From NCBI GenBank assembly GCA_023264635.1, contig JAHFLT010000001.1, forward strand, positions 35,307-99,306: a DNA stretch of 64,000 nt. Reading direction: 5' to 3'. The translations under genes were made by a program, and so were the position numbers. This document shows positions 7,684 to 17,896 of this stretch, piece by piece (position 1 is the first letter of the stretch; each line of letters starts with the position of its first letter). The notes beneath the pieces were generated by a model. That model had not been told where the DNA came from and searched no databases. It was given only the letters and a program-made list of their open reading frames with translations. This DNA is from Candidatus Woesearchaeota archaeon. Its GTDB lineage: Archaea > Nanobdellota > Nanobdellia > Woesearchaeales > JAGVYF01.

Positions 7684-9990
7684 ATGAACCGCGAAAAGTG
7701 GGAAGTTTCCTTAGAAGACTTAGTCTGGATAGCAGATCCAACAGAGTTCACATTTGCAAATACAGTTGAGATACATCCACCTGTTAATCCTATTGACATT
7801 GTCAAAGGCCAACATGATGCCAAACAGACGCTTCTGTCAGCAATAAAACTTCGCCAAAATGCAATCCTTATAGGGCCTGCTGGGTGCGGCAAATCACTGC
7901 TGGCAAAAACAGTGGCTGAACAATTCTCACTGGAAAATGCGAACAAGATAAAGCTCTATGACCAATGCCTCATCTATAATTTGGAGAATGAATTTGAACC
8001 GGATGTGATTAGCCTTCCGACGCCACTCGGAAAGCAATTTGCCGAAGACTTCAGGACATTCATAAAATATATTCGTGCAGGTGCCCACTACAGGCCTACT
8101 GGCCATGGAAATCCTCAGGATACGAAAATAACGTTCCGCACACATTCATTTTTTTCCACAACTGAATATTCAGGAACGCTAAAGCAACTTTTGGAAGGTG
8201 TGGCCAAGCAGAATGGGTTGACTATAGTGCCTGATGCTGATGTACTTTTCAAACATAGTATCAGGATGCTTGATGCGCCAGTGCTTACTGATGGAAAAGA
8301 TTACTTTACGTTGCGAATCTTGTGCCCTCATTATGAATTTGACGAACCTCGCAATGGAAAATCATTTATCCTCGACAATTTAGTGCAGACCTATAAATAT
8401 TATCCTAAAGTGCTTCGCTATTTTGGTGATATGGCTCGTGAAGTTCGTGAAACTGAAGAAATGAAAGGATTATTTGACATGGAGCAGCCATTTATAAAAA
8501 AAATGCGCGAAGAGAAATACATGATTAACGTTATTGTCAATAACGCTGAGACCGTTGGAGTCCCTGTGGAATATATTGAGAATCCGAGTATACAGAACAT
8601 TATCGGAGAAGCTGGCCATGATGCATATAATCTCCGCCCAATGCATATGCGTATCAAACCAGGCAAGCTCCATCGCGGTAATGGGGGTATCGTCATTATA
8701 GATGAGCTTATCACTGTCTTGCAGGATCAATACATGCGTAACTTTTTGCTTACTGTACTTAACGACAAGCAAGGCCGGATCGGGGGTGGCGCTGGCTTGA
8801 GTGGTGGAGGGACAAGCGCTGGCGTTGAGACAAAGCCTGTTGCAGCGGATTGCATCGTCATTGGATGCGCAAATGACGATGTATTCAAGTACATGACAGA
8901 CAAGATTGCCAGACGTTTCCAGCACAAGGTGAAATTCCATACAACTATGGACAACACATTGGAAAATAGGATGGGATACGCAGAATTTATTGCTTATGAA
9001 ATCAATAAATACAATAATGACTCCTCAAATCAAGTAAAGCTTTCTCATTGTACTCCTGAAGCAGTTGCTGCTGTTGTCGAGTGGGGCGTTCGCTTTGCCC
9101 AGAATGCTGCGCATGGCAAGAAAAAGCTCACTAATGTGCTTGATCCAGTGGCATTACTTGTGAAATCAGCAGCGATGAAGGCATCACAAGAGAATGCACC
9201 ACTTGTTGAGCGTATCCATGTCCAAGCTGCTCGCGAGGAGTTGCGGCGGTTGTCGACACAGATGCAGACAGACTATCTTACTTATATTAATGAGGGTCTC
9301 ATATCCATAGAGGTGGATGGTTTCCGAGAGCGTATAGTTAACGGGCTTGTTGTTATTAAAGATAACTATGGACTTGTTGCATATGGATTTCCTACACGAT
9401 TAATAGCTACAGCATCGCAAGGCAAAGGCGGATTTCTCAGCAGTGAAAAGGAGGCCGGGCTTTCAGGAAAAATTATGCTGAAAACGCATGAAATAATTAA
9501 GACTTACTTTAATGCAACCTATGGGAAAGCATTGGCAAAAGTAAATTTATCAGTCAGTTTCGCACAGAGCTATTCATCGATAGATGGCGATAGCGCATCG
9601 ATAGCGACTGTCATCGCACTTAAAAGTGCTCTTAGTGGCATGCCTGTAGATCAAGGACTGGCTGTTACAGGTTCGATGAATGAGCTGGGAGAAATCCAGC
9701 CAATAGGCGGCGTCAATGAGAAGATAGAGGGATTCTATGCGGTTTGTAAGCAAAAAGGATTCACCAGAAAGCAAGGTGTCATCATTCCCCCGAGCAATGT
9801 TCCGGATCTAATGTTAGCAAAAGATGTTATAGATGATGTCTGCGCTGGAAACTTCCATGTGTATTCTGTCAAACATCTGGATGAAGCAGTGGAGCTTATG
9901 TTTGCCAAGCCAGCACAGGACGTTGACAGATGCATACGGAAAAAGCTTGAGGAATACTGGAGGGAAGACAGTGTCACGGGTAAACGCTGA
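7684..9990 (+). CDS. Soluble Lon-family (S16) protease, paralog 1
   Basis: Walker A GPAGCGKS, Walker B IIDE, catalytic Ser in DGDSAS and Lys in NEKIEG; no TM segment. Confidence 0.9.
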   Translation: MNREKWEVSLEDLVWIADPTEFTFANTVEIHPPVNPIDIVKGQHDAKQTLLSAIKLRQNAILIGPAGCGKSLLAKTVAEQFSLENANKIKLYDQCLIYNLENEFEPDVISLPTPLGKQFAEDFRTFIKYIRAGAHYRPTGHGNPQDTKITFRTHSFFSTTEYSGTLKQLLEGVAKQNGLTIVPDADVLFKHSIRMLDAPVLTDGKDYFTLRILCPHYEFDEPRNGKSFILDNLVQTYKYYPKVLRYFGDMAREVRETEEMKGLFDMEQPFIKKMREEKYMINVIVNNAETVGVPVEYIENPSIQNIIGEAGHDAYNLRPMHMRIKPGKLHRGNGGIVIIDELITVLQDQYMRNFLLTVLNDKQGRIGGGAGLSGGGTSAGVETKPVAADCIVIGCANDDVFKYMTDKIARRFQHKVKFHTTMDNTLENRMGYAEFIAYEINKYNNDSSNQVKLSHCTPEAVAAVVEWGVRFAQNAAHGKKKLTNVLDPVALLVKSAAMKASQENAPLVERIHVQAAREELRRLSTQMQTDYLTYINEGLISIEVDGFRERIVNGLVVIKDNYGLVAYGFPTRLIATASQGKGGFLSSEKEAGLSGKIMLKTHEIIKTYFNATYGKALAKVNLSVSFAQSYSSIDGDSASIATVIALKSALSGMPVDQGLAVTGSMNELGEIQPIGGVNEKIEGFYAVCKQKGFTRKQGVIIPPSNVPDLMLAKDVIDDVCAGNFHVYSVKHLDEAVELMFAKPAQDVDRCIRKKLEEYWREDSVTGKR

Positions 9991-10003
9991 TGAAATTGAA
10001 GGA

Positions 10004-10543
10004 ATGGAGAAGCAATCAAAATTCCATACATTCCGTTTTCTTCTGGTTGCGTTCACAGCATATTTTGCAATAAATTGGTATGTTAAGAAGAGCGATGAGC
10101 CGTATAAAGAACCAGCATCGTTGTATGGCAGTCTTGAAGAAGCTATTGCTGGCCAGCTGCCCAGATATGGTTATGCTGCGGTGAAGATAGATGATACTAT
10201 TGGACCATATGACCCAGTCATAAAGGGAAAACAGATGCTCGGCTATGTCCATGATGATGCAGATACATTGCAGCTAGATGGGAAAGATATAGGCTACATC
10301 GTTCACGGTGTTGTCTATAATGCTGCTGGTAGAAAAGTGGCAAGATTGACAACAGGAGCTGTAGGTTATGAGATTTATTCCTATGATAACAAGAAACTGG
10401 GAACACTGACAGAAAAAAAACTTTTGAATTCTTCTGGTGCTGTGCTCGGAACGCTAGGTCCAAAGGCTGCTGTCGTTATGGACAATGGAGATAACTTAAC
10501 AGGGATTATCACAGGATATGATTATTCACGGAAGAATCTGTGA
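10004..10543 (+). CDS. Membrane-anchored hypothetical protein with Gly-rich beta repeats
   Basis: Start MEKQSKF after the Lon stop; N-terminal TM; stop codon lies inside the MITE TSD. Confidence 0.65.
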   Translation: MEKQSKFHTFRFLLVAFTAYFAINWYVKKSDEPYKEPASLYGSLEEAIAGQLPRYGYAAVKIDDTIGPYDPVIKGKQMLGYVHDDADTLQLDGKDIGYIVHGVVYNAAGRKVARLTTGAVGYEIYSYDNKKLGTLTEKKLLNSSGAVLGTLGPKAAVVMDNGDNLTGIITGYDYSRKNL

Positions 10544-10548
10544 GAGAA

Positions 10549-10691
10549 GGCTCCATCCAAAAATTCTCGCTCTCACTCGGCTCAGCGGCTTCTCGCCTTT
10601 GCATTTCCCAGATATCATCCCTTTGTCAGCACAAAATGAGCTACTGCTAAAGCTCGACCTTAGGCTGCTGAGCGCTTTTTTGGATGGAGCC
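10549..10691. mobile_element. 143-bp MITE type B
   Basis: TIR GGCTCCATCCAAAAA, identical to the left end of the IS at 26799; 9-bp TSD GTGAGAGAA at 10540-10548 and 10692-10700. Confidence 0.95.
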
Positions 10692-10849
10692 GTGAGAGAA
10701 GAAACGAATAATGGGGAGAAACAAACTTTATTCTAATAGACAGCTTACACTAAAAAAAATCCCTCCCCGTTTGGGGAGAGTTTTTTCCTCAGAACTCAAA
10801 TCGGGGGTAAGAGGAGGAACATGAAAAAAAAAAGGAAAAAAAATTCCCA

Positions 10850-11917
10850 TTATCGCACTATCTCTATGCCCAGCTCGTGGCTTATCTGTCGTGATTCATA
10901 CTGCTGGTTGCGCTTATCCATTTTGCCCAGAATCCAAGGCGATCTCACTCCAGTGATGATAGTCATCACCGTGATCTTGCCTTTCATCTCATCGACAACA
11001 CGCGCGCCCCAGATGACATTTGCATCGTCATCCATGCTCTCTGTGACAAGCTCACCTACTTTGTTGATGTCAGCCAGCGTCATATCATGGCCGCCAACAA
11101 CGTGGATGATAGCGCCTGTTGCGCCTTCGTAGCTTATGTCCAAGAGTGGGTTAGACAATGCACCCTTTACCGCTTCTTCCACTCTATTGTTGGTATCTGA
11201 CGAGCCAACACCGATAGCTGCGACTCCACCATTTGTCATTATTGCCTTAACGTCTGCATAATCCAGGTTGACTAATGAGGGGATTGCAATGGTCTCGACA
11301 ATGCCTTTTATCATTGTAGATACAAGTTCGTTTGCCACTGCAAATGCCTGTTGCACTGGCAAGTTTCCAGCAATCTGCACAAGGCGGTTATTATCAATCA
11401 CCACAACAGTATCTGATACTTGACGCAGCTGTTGTAATCCAAATTCTGCTTTATCTACACGTGCACGCTCTATTTTGAATGGCATCGTTACAGTGCCGAT
11501 GACAATAGCTCCCAAATCCTTGGCTACCTGCGCGATGACAGGTGCACTTCCTGTTCCTGTGCCACCACCCATGCCTGCACACACGAAGACCATGTCCGAG
11601 CTCTTCAATGCTTCTTTTATTTCAGATAAGCTTTCTTTTGCAGATTCCGCTCCTTTTTCTGGGAACCCACCGCAACCAAGACCTCTGGTTGTGTCCTTGC
11701 CGAGCAGGAACTTCCTGTCTGCCTCTGTGAAACTCAAATGTTGAGCATCAGTGTTGCATGCGATTATTTCAGCGCCTTTTATTCCTTTCTTGTAGAGCCA
11801 TGCGACCATATTGTTGCCAGCGCCACCGCACCCTATAACTTTAATATTCGCTTGGCCAATAAGCCCTTCGAATTCATTGTCTTGTTTTTTCATTGCATTT
11901 TCGACGATATAATCCAT
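10850..11917 (-). CDS. ftsZ: Cell division protein FtsZ
   Basis: GGAGNN, tubulin signature GGGTGTG, NLDYAD. Confidence 0.97.
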   Translation of the reverse strand: MDYIVENAMKKQDNEFEGLIGQANIKVIGCGGAGNNMVAWLYKKGIKGAEIIACNTDAQHLSFTEADRKFLLGKDTTRGLGCGGFPEKGAESAKESLSEIKEALKSSDMVFVCAGMGGGTGTGSAPVIAQVAKDLGAIVIGTVTMPFKIERARVDKAEFGLQQLRQVSDTVVVIDNNRLVQIAGNLPVQQAFAVANELVSTMIKGIVETIAIPSLVNLDYADVKAIMTNGGVAAIGVGSSDTNNRVEEAVKGALSNPLLDISYEGATGAIIHVVGGHDMTLADINKVGELVTESMDDDANVIWGARVVDEMKGKITVMTIITGVRSPWILGKMDKRNQQYESRQISHELGIEIVR

Positions 11918-12272
11918 TTTCTACCCCTCCTTTCCTCCATTTTTGTTTCGCTAAACATAACTAACATCAACATAACTAACACCATCACCCTATTCATCAT
12001 ATGGTTGAAGTTGTCAAGTTGATGTTATCACTACCAAAAGCTTTAAATATATGTTTAGCCTAATCTTTCTCTAGAAAACAGCAAGTGTCACGCCAATGAC
12101 CTTGTATGCCTAACACCAATGTCAAATCAAGTTTTCCGCCAAGAGACTTGATTTTTTCTCAATTTTTTATGACTTCTTAAAGTAGAAAGTAATATTTAAA
12201 TATATCTGTGATAGGATATATAACATCTTGTTATTGAAAATAATTATAAAGGATTAATTTTTCCTCGATGAA

Positions 12273-13037
12273 ATGTTATGCTTAATCGGAATTGGATTAC
12301 GCGATGCGAACGATATCACGCTCAAAGGACTTGAGCACATAAAGAAAGCTGATGTCATCTACCTTGAAGGCTATACGTCGCTGATGCAATGCTCTGTAGA
12401 TGATTTGTCCACAGTATATGGAAAAAAGGTTACTCCATTGGGAAGACCAGAGATAGAAAGCAGCTTTATCCTCGATGAAGCGGAGAAAAAAAAAGTTGCC
12501 CTTCTCATCATTGGGGATCCATTTGCAGCTACCACGCACAGTTCCCTCGTCATGGAAGCGCGTGACCGTGGCATTTTTGTCGAGATTGTGCATAATGCAT
12601 CCATTCTTTCTGCCGTTGGAGAGACTGGGCTTTCGTTGTACAAATTTGGACGTGTTATTTCTCTCCTCTTTGGGGCATTGCCGGAATCAGTATATGATGC
12701 CCTATGTGCTAATCAAAAATGCGGTCTGCATACATTATGCTTGCTCGACATAAAAGTGGATGAGAACCGGTTCATGACGGTAAATGAAGGCATCCGGGCA
12801 TTGTTAGCATTAGAAGAAAAATGCAAAAAAAACCTTCTTTCATCAGTAATGCTCGCACTTGGTATTGCTCGTCTCGGTGGCAATGGCCAAGTCATAAAGG
12901 CAGGCACGTTTACAGAGTTGGAAAAAGTAGACTTTGGTCCTCCACCTCATTGTATTATTATTCCTGCATCAGAGAGACACTTTATAGAGGAGGGATGGAT
13001 TAGTCATTGGAGAAAGTATACTAGCGGTAGTAATTGA
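12273..13037 (+). CDS. dph5: Diphthine synthase
   Basis: LIGIGL, GDPFAATTH, GLSLYKFG, GLHTLCLLDI. Confidence 0.93.
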   Translation: MLCLIGIGLRDANDITLKGLEHIKKADVIYLEGYTSLMQCSVDDLSTVYGKKVTPLGRPEIESSFILDEAEKKKVALLIIGDPFAATTHSSLVMEARDRGIFVEIVHNASILSAVGETGLSLYKFGRVISLLFGALPESVYDALCANQKCGLHTLCLLDIKVDENRFMTVNEGIRALLALEEKCKKNLLSSVMLALGIARLGGNGQVIKAGTFTELEKVDFGPPPHCIIIPASERHFIEEGWISHWRKYTSGSN

Positions 13038-13085
13038 TAGATATCACTTTCCGCTATTCTATTTGAAGGAACAAACAATTGGGAT

Positions 13086-13181
13086 TATAGTAAATCCACT
13101 CCATCATGAAACTAATTCAGTGGATTTGCTAGATAACAAGTTAATTATTAGACAGTTCCAATAATTCATGAACTTGCTATA
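13086..13181. repeat. Composite of two back-to-back ~50-bp palindromic units, copy 1
   Basis: TATAGTAAATCCACT..AGTGGATTTGCTAGA followed by GATAACAAG..CTTGCTATA; homologous in inverted orientation to 21268-21360. Confidence 0.75.
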
Positions 13182-13189
13182 ATTACTTT

Positions 13190-13693
13190 GTTTCTTTGTT
13201 ATAATCATTCTTGCAAAATTTTCATGTACTTTTGTTTACATGTTTGCAGTTCTCTGTTTTTTTCTCTCTCCCAGCTACGTTTTATAAAGGGATGAATAAG
13301 GATGCACAAACCATAACCAATGCCAAAACCAAGAAAACCTCCTGTGATTACTCCTCACAAAAAAAGAAGGCTGTTGTACTGAGAAGGTGCTATTCCTGCA
13401 CCAGGAAGTCCACCAAGTAAAGCCCCAACAAGCGAAAATGGTCTTGCACAAAAAACATAATTGATGTCATATTCTCAATAGTTTATTTTTATTTTTTCAT
13501 ATTCAATTAGATACTCACCATATTGTTGTTTTTTTTTTGGAAGAGATAGTGTTATCCCATGTGCTTGTAGTTGCTTTTTCTCTTAAAACTGTTTTTTCTA
13601 AAGGGGATTTTTTGTGCTGTACTCTTCATAGTATTTTACGATCACATCAAGTGATTCACGTTGGTTCATTTTTTCTTCAAAGGGATGTTTCAT
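13190..13693 (-). pseudogene. Decayed membrane-protein gene remnant
   Basis: ATG at 13693 (MKHPFEEKMNQRESL..) broken by stops and frameshifts; Gly-rich hydrophobic fragments downstream. Confidence 0.35.
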
Positions 13694-13717
13694 TTTTAAT
13701 TTTTGCTTATTTTTTAC

Positions 13718-14482
13718 TTATATAAAGTACCTAACTGCATTTGTGAAAATCTGTAAACCGGCACCTTCTTTTGGCAGGTTTTTAGTCCACAGAGGATGTT
13801 GGTATGTGTCAATGAATCGCTCAGGATGTGGCATTAATCCGAAGATTCTGCCACTCTCATCACAAATTCCGGCAATATCATCTAATGAGCCATTAGGATT
13901 ATAAGGAAATTCTCCTTTGGCAGAAAATCCATTCTTCGCATAGCGCAGGGCAATCATATCACGCTTAGTCAATTCGTTCACTGTATTATCTGACGCATAG
14001 AATCTTCCTTCTCCGTGTGCAATCGGTAACTCTATCTTGTCTATTCCCTGCGTAAAAATGCACTTTGATGAGCCAATGAGCTCAACCCATCTACATTCAT
14101 ACCGTGCACTTGTGTTGTGCGTCAATGCCACAGTCCGTGCGCCGTATTCCCCAGTAATGGCAGGAAGCAGCCCGAGGTTAGTCATCACCTGAAATCCGTT
14201 ACATATACCTATGATTAATTTGCCTACAGCAATGAACTGCAACAGTTCCTCCCACATAGTGTTGCGCAATCTGTTCGCCAAAGCCTTGCCTGATCCAGTA
14301 TCGTCTCCATAAGAAAATCCTCCGGGAAATGCTAAGAGGTGATATGTCTCTAATTTTTTTTTATTCTCGATTAATTCGGTGATATGCATCTGTTCTGTCA
14401 GAGCTCCAGCTCGTTCGAAGGCATATTTGGTCTCTTCATTGCAATTGATTCCATACCCAGTTAGCACAAGTGCTTTTACCAT
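13718..14482 (-). CDS. purQ: FGAM synthase glutaminase subunit
   Basis: GGFSYGD, GICNGFQ, MPHPER. Confidence 0.96.
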   Translation of the reverse strand: MVKALVLTGYGINCNEETKYAFERAGALTEQMHITELIENKKKLETYHLLAFPGGFSYGDDTGSGKALANRLRNTMWEELLQFIAVGKLIIGICNGFQVMTNLGLLPAITGEYGARTVALTHNTSARYECRWVELIGSSKCIFTQGIDKIELPIAHGEGRFYASDNTVNELTKRDMIALRYAKNGFSAKGEFPYNPNGSLDDIAGICDESGRIFGLMPHPERFIDTYQHPLWTKNLPKEGAGLQIFTNAVRYFI

Positions 14483-17343
14483 TTATTAAACCTAACCTTA
14501 TACACCCTTTCAAGTGCAGTTAGAGTGGTATTAATGACAAGCTTGCTTCCATCGCGTACAAAAAACATATGTGGCGTAACGTACCCTATACGGAAATACA
14601 TACACTCGAGCATTTTCTCAAAGGCGCCTGCATTCTTCTGTGAAACACTTACAATGAATCGCCCGGGTGATTCTGAGAATAGTGTTTTATACTGTGGCAA
14701 ATGTAGTTGGTTTATGTCACCATGAACGCCTTTTCTCCCAGCGATTGCACATTTTGCCAGACTTACAGCCAGCCCACCTAATCCAACAGCGTGTGCACTT
14801 TCAACCAGACCTTGCTCGATTGCTTTCTCGAGTTTGCCATAAAGTTGAATTGTTTCATCTAACCTGACCATTGGAACATTCTTGCCGACAACATCATTCA
14901 TTGCATAATACTCTGAGCCGCCCAATTCATCTCTTGTTTTTCCGATAATATAAAGGACATCTCCTGATTTTTTGAAATCCATACTGATACATTTTCTGAT
15001 ATCAGAAATAATACCGATAGAGGAAATAAGTATCGTCGGTGGGATAGAAAGGGATATTTTATTTTCATATTCATCAAATCCTCTGAAATCATTATGCATG
15101 CTGTCCTTTCCGGATATGAAGGGGGTACCATACATTACAGCAGTATTATAGCATGCTTCAGCTGCACGTTTCAGCTGGCCCAATCTTTTTGGATCGTTAG
15201 GACTGCACCAGCAGAAATTGTCCAGCAGTGCTGTCTGTTCCAGCTTTCCACCAACAGCAATTATATTTCTAACTGCATAGTCAATGGCACAGGCAGCCAT
15301 CCAGTATGCGTCTATATCCCCATACGATGGAAAAATGCCCTGTGATAATGCAATTCCTCGATAGGAATCTAATAACGGCCTCGCCACAGTAGCATCCGCA
15401 TTAACCCTTCCTTTTCCAATGAGTGGTTTTAGCACAGAGCCACCCTGAACTTCATGATCATACTGCCGAGAGATAAATTCACGGCTGCATATGTTTGCAC
15501 GGTTGAGCATTTCTGTTAACACGTGTGTCAAATCTTTCGGCACTTTCAGTATGGGCTCTCTGTGCCTCGCAAGTTCATCGGTAGAAGCTACTTTCTTTTT
15601 GGGTAATCCATTGTGCAGAAAATCTAGTTCGAGGTCCATCACTGTTTCATTGCCATACTTTACAGTACATTTTCCACTGTGTGTAAATTTCCCGATAGTC
15701 GTTGCCTCTACTCCGTGCTTTTTCATTACACTAAGAAATGCCTCTACTCTCTCAGGAGGCACAGCAATTGTCATACGTTCCTGCGATTCACTCACCCAGA
15801 GCTGCCATGGCGCCATGCCAGCATATTTTGTCGGTATATTTTCCAATTGGACAAAGCAGCCATTGCTCTCTTTTGCCATCTCTGCAATAGAGCAGGACAA
15901 TCCACCAGCACCGTTATCTGTAATGCTATTATAAAGTCCTCTTGCTTCAAGCAAGGCGTCTGCCATTTTTTTCTGGGTGATTGGGTCTCCTATTTGCACT
16001 GCAGTAGCTGGACTTCCTGCATTGAGCGCTTCTGAAGAGAATGTTGCACCGTGTACCCCATCCACTCCAACTTTACCCCCTATCATCAAGATGTAGTCTT
16101 CGGGCAGTGCCTTTTTTTCGTGACTTGGTTTTCCTGCAACAGTTCGCGGGATGAACCCCACAGTACCTACAAAAACCAATGGTTTTGCACGATACTGTTC
16201 ATTAAAAAGCATAAATCCCTGTGTAGTGGGAATGCCTGAGCAGTTTCCACCAACACGCACTCCTTCAATAACTCCTTCCATGATTCTTTTTGGTGATAGC
16301 ATCAGAACATTTTTTGTGCGATAAAGTTTTTTATTATCTTCGGGTATTCCGAAACAGAAGCCGTATGTGTTGATAATGGGTTTTGCGCCAGTTCCAAAGC
16401 CAAGACAATCACGATTAACACCAAGGATACCTGTGATAGCACCTCCGAAGGGATCCAATGCAGACGGACTGTTATGGGTCTCTACTTTATGTGTAACAAG
16501 ATACTTGTCATCAAAAACTAGTGCGCCGGAATTGTCAACGAAAACAGATGGACAAGTCACATGTCCCCACTTCATGTTCAGTATCCTTTCTGTTGCTCCT
16601 TGGATATACGTCTTGAACAATCCTTCTCTATTATTCATTTGTGCTGCAAAAATTCGGTGCTTACAGTGCTCAGACCATGTTTGTGCAAGGGATTCAAGTT
16701 CAACATCAGTTGGCTTCCTTCCTTTGTTTCGGAAATAGTTTTGAATGGCTTTCATCGCATCTCCATCAAGAGCAAGAGGACCATTGATTCCCTTATTGCC
16801 TATTGCAACGAGTGCAGCATCGCTCACGTCCAAGTCAATGAGTGCTGCTGCAGTGGATTGTAATGGCATTTGTAAAGATACTTTTGGGATAGTAATGCAC
16901 AACGGCTCGTTTCTCTTCCTTATCGTAATTTTGTTAATAAGCGGATTGGCGAATTGGGTAGCTATTTTTTGGATCTCACTATATGTTCCACCAACAAGAT
17001 ACATTGTTTGTGAAGAATAGACATTCACTGGCATGCACAGGCAATCCTCAATTGTTTGGTGTGCAGTGGCGCCAATATTATCAGTAACTCCGGGCAAGAA
17101 TCCAACATCTACAACCCATTCAAAGTTGTGTATGCAGTAGTCATCAATGCTATACTTTTCTATAACCGGATTAATGAACAGCAAAGCACATTGCTCGAGT
17201 TGTTCCTTGAAGAGATTTTTATCTATTGTATATGTATCAGTCAATGCGATGATTCTGGCTTCTATGCCCAAACCAGTTATCTTTCTTTCTCTCATTGCTG
17301 CACGTGTATCTGTAATTATGGGAAAGACTTCAATACGGTGCAT
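14476..17343 (-). CDS. purL: FGAM synthase subunit PurL (with N-terminal extension)
   Basis: WSEHCKH, KVETHNSPS, ESQERM, SGKDS; start at MHRIEV with GGTGG RBS (ORF-track extension begins inside a MITE). Confidence 0.95.
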   Translation of the reverse strand: MHRIEVFPIITDTRAAMRERKITGLGIEARIIALTDTYTIDKNLFKEQLEQCALLFINPVIEKYSIDDYCIHNFEWVVDVGFLPGVTDNIGATAHQTIEDCLCMPVNVYSSQTMYLVGGTYSEIQKIATQFANPLINKITIRKRNEPLCITIPKVSLQMPLQSTAAALIDLDVSDAALVAIGNKGINGPLALDGDAMKAIQNYFRNKGRKPTDVELESLAQTWSEHCKHRIFAAQMNNREGLFKTYIQGATERILNMKWGHVTCPSVFVDNSGALVFDDKYLVTHKVETHNSPSALDPFGGAITGILGVNRDCLGFGTGAKPIINTYGFCFGIPEDNKKLYRTKNVLMLSPKRIMEGVIEGVRVGGNCSGIPTTQGFMLFNEQYRAKPLVFVGTVGFIPRTVAGKPSHEKKALPEDYILMIGGKVGVDGVHGATFSSEALNAGSPATAVQIGDPITQKKMADALLEARGLYNSITDNGAGGLSCSIAEMAKESNGCFVQLENIPTKYAGMAPWQLWVSESQERMTIAVPPERVEAFLSVMKKHGVEATTIGKFTHSGKCTVKYGNETVMDLELDFLHNGLPKKKVASTDELARHREPILKVPKDLTHVLTEMLNRANICSREFISRQYDHEVQGGSVLKPLIGKGRVNADATVARPLLDSYRGIALSQGIFPSYGDIDAYWMAACAIDYAVRNIIAVGGKLEQTALLDNFCWCSPNDPKRLGQLKRAAEACYNTAVMYGTPFISGKDSMHNDFRGFDEYENKISLSIPPTILISSIGIISDIRKCISMDFKKSGDVLYIIGKTRDELGGSEYYAMNDVVGKNVPMVRLDETIQLYGKLEKAIEQGLVESAHAVGLGGLAVSLAKCAIAGRKGVHGDINQLHLPQYKTLFSESPGRFIVSVSQKNAGAFEKMLECMYFRIGYVTPHMFFVRDGSKLVINTTLTALERVYKVRFNKW

Positions 17344-17397
17344 ACCCACCTGGGGAAGAACAACTACATAAAAATTGTGGATTTCAGAGGTAAAACA

Positions 17398-17538
17398 GGT
17401 TCCATCCAAAAAAGCGCTCAGCAGCCTAAGGTCGAGCTTTAGCAGTAGCTCATTTTGTGCTGACAAAGGGATGATATCTGGGAAATGCAAAGGCGAGAAG
17501 CCGCTGAGCCGAGTGAGAGCGAGACTTTCTACAGAGCC
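17398..17538. mobile_element. 141-bp hybrid MITE: type-B body, one type-A end and one type-B end
   Basis: Reverse copy of the 10549 body; ends GGTTCCATCCAAAAA and CTTTCTACAGAGCC; flanks GGTAAAACA/ATAAAAACA only partly match. Confidence 0.9.
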
Positions 17539-17636
17539 ATAAAAACAAGTAGATTTATAAATAGCACATTATTCTCTGCTCCCATAGAAGGTTTACGAAT
17601 TCTTCGTAAATACCTTCAAATTAGGTGAAAAACAAC

Positions 17637-17810
17637 ATGGGATTTGGCGGACAAGGTGGTGGCGGTTTTAGACGCAGCTTTGGTCCTCGTGAAATGCATC
17701 CAGCAACATGTGCTGCATGCGGTCAGGAGACTCAGGTGCCGTTTAAGCCATCAGGAGATAGACCAGTCTATTGCCGTGATTGCTATCAAAAGCAAAAAGC
17801 GCAACAGTAA
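17637..17810 (+). CDS. CxxC-x17-CxxC zinc-ribbon protein
   Basis: PREMHPATCAACG..VPFKP..RPVYCRDC; AGGTGA RBS. Confidence 0.9.
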   Translation: MGFGGQGGGGFRRSFGPREMHPATCAACGQETQVPFKPSGDRPVYCRDCYQKQKAQQ

Positions 17811-17896
17811 ACGATAACGAGTCATTTTTCTCGTAATCACTGGTACATTTTTTTTTATTTTTTGTTTTTATTCTAGGTGCATATTGGTACCTATTT

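Noticed and set aside
17344..17490. N-terminal extensions of purL and, likewise, translin (5722-5817)
   Set aside because: They start inside MITEs; better starts exist downstream
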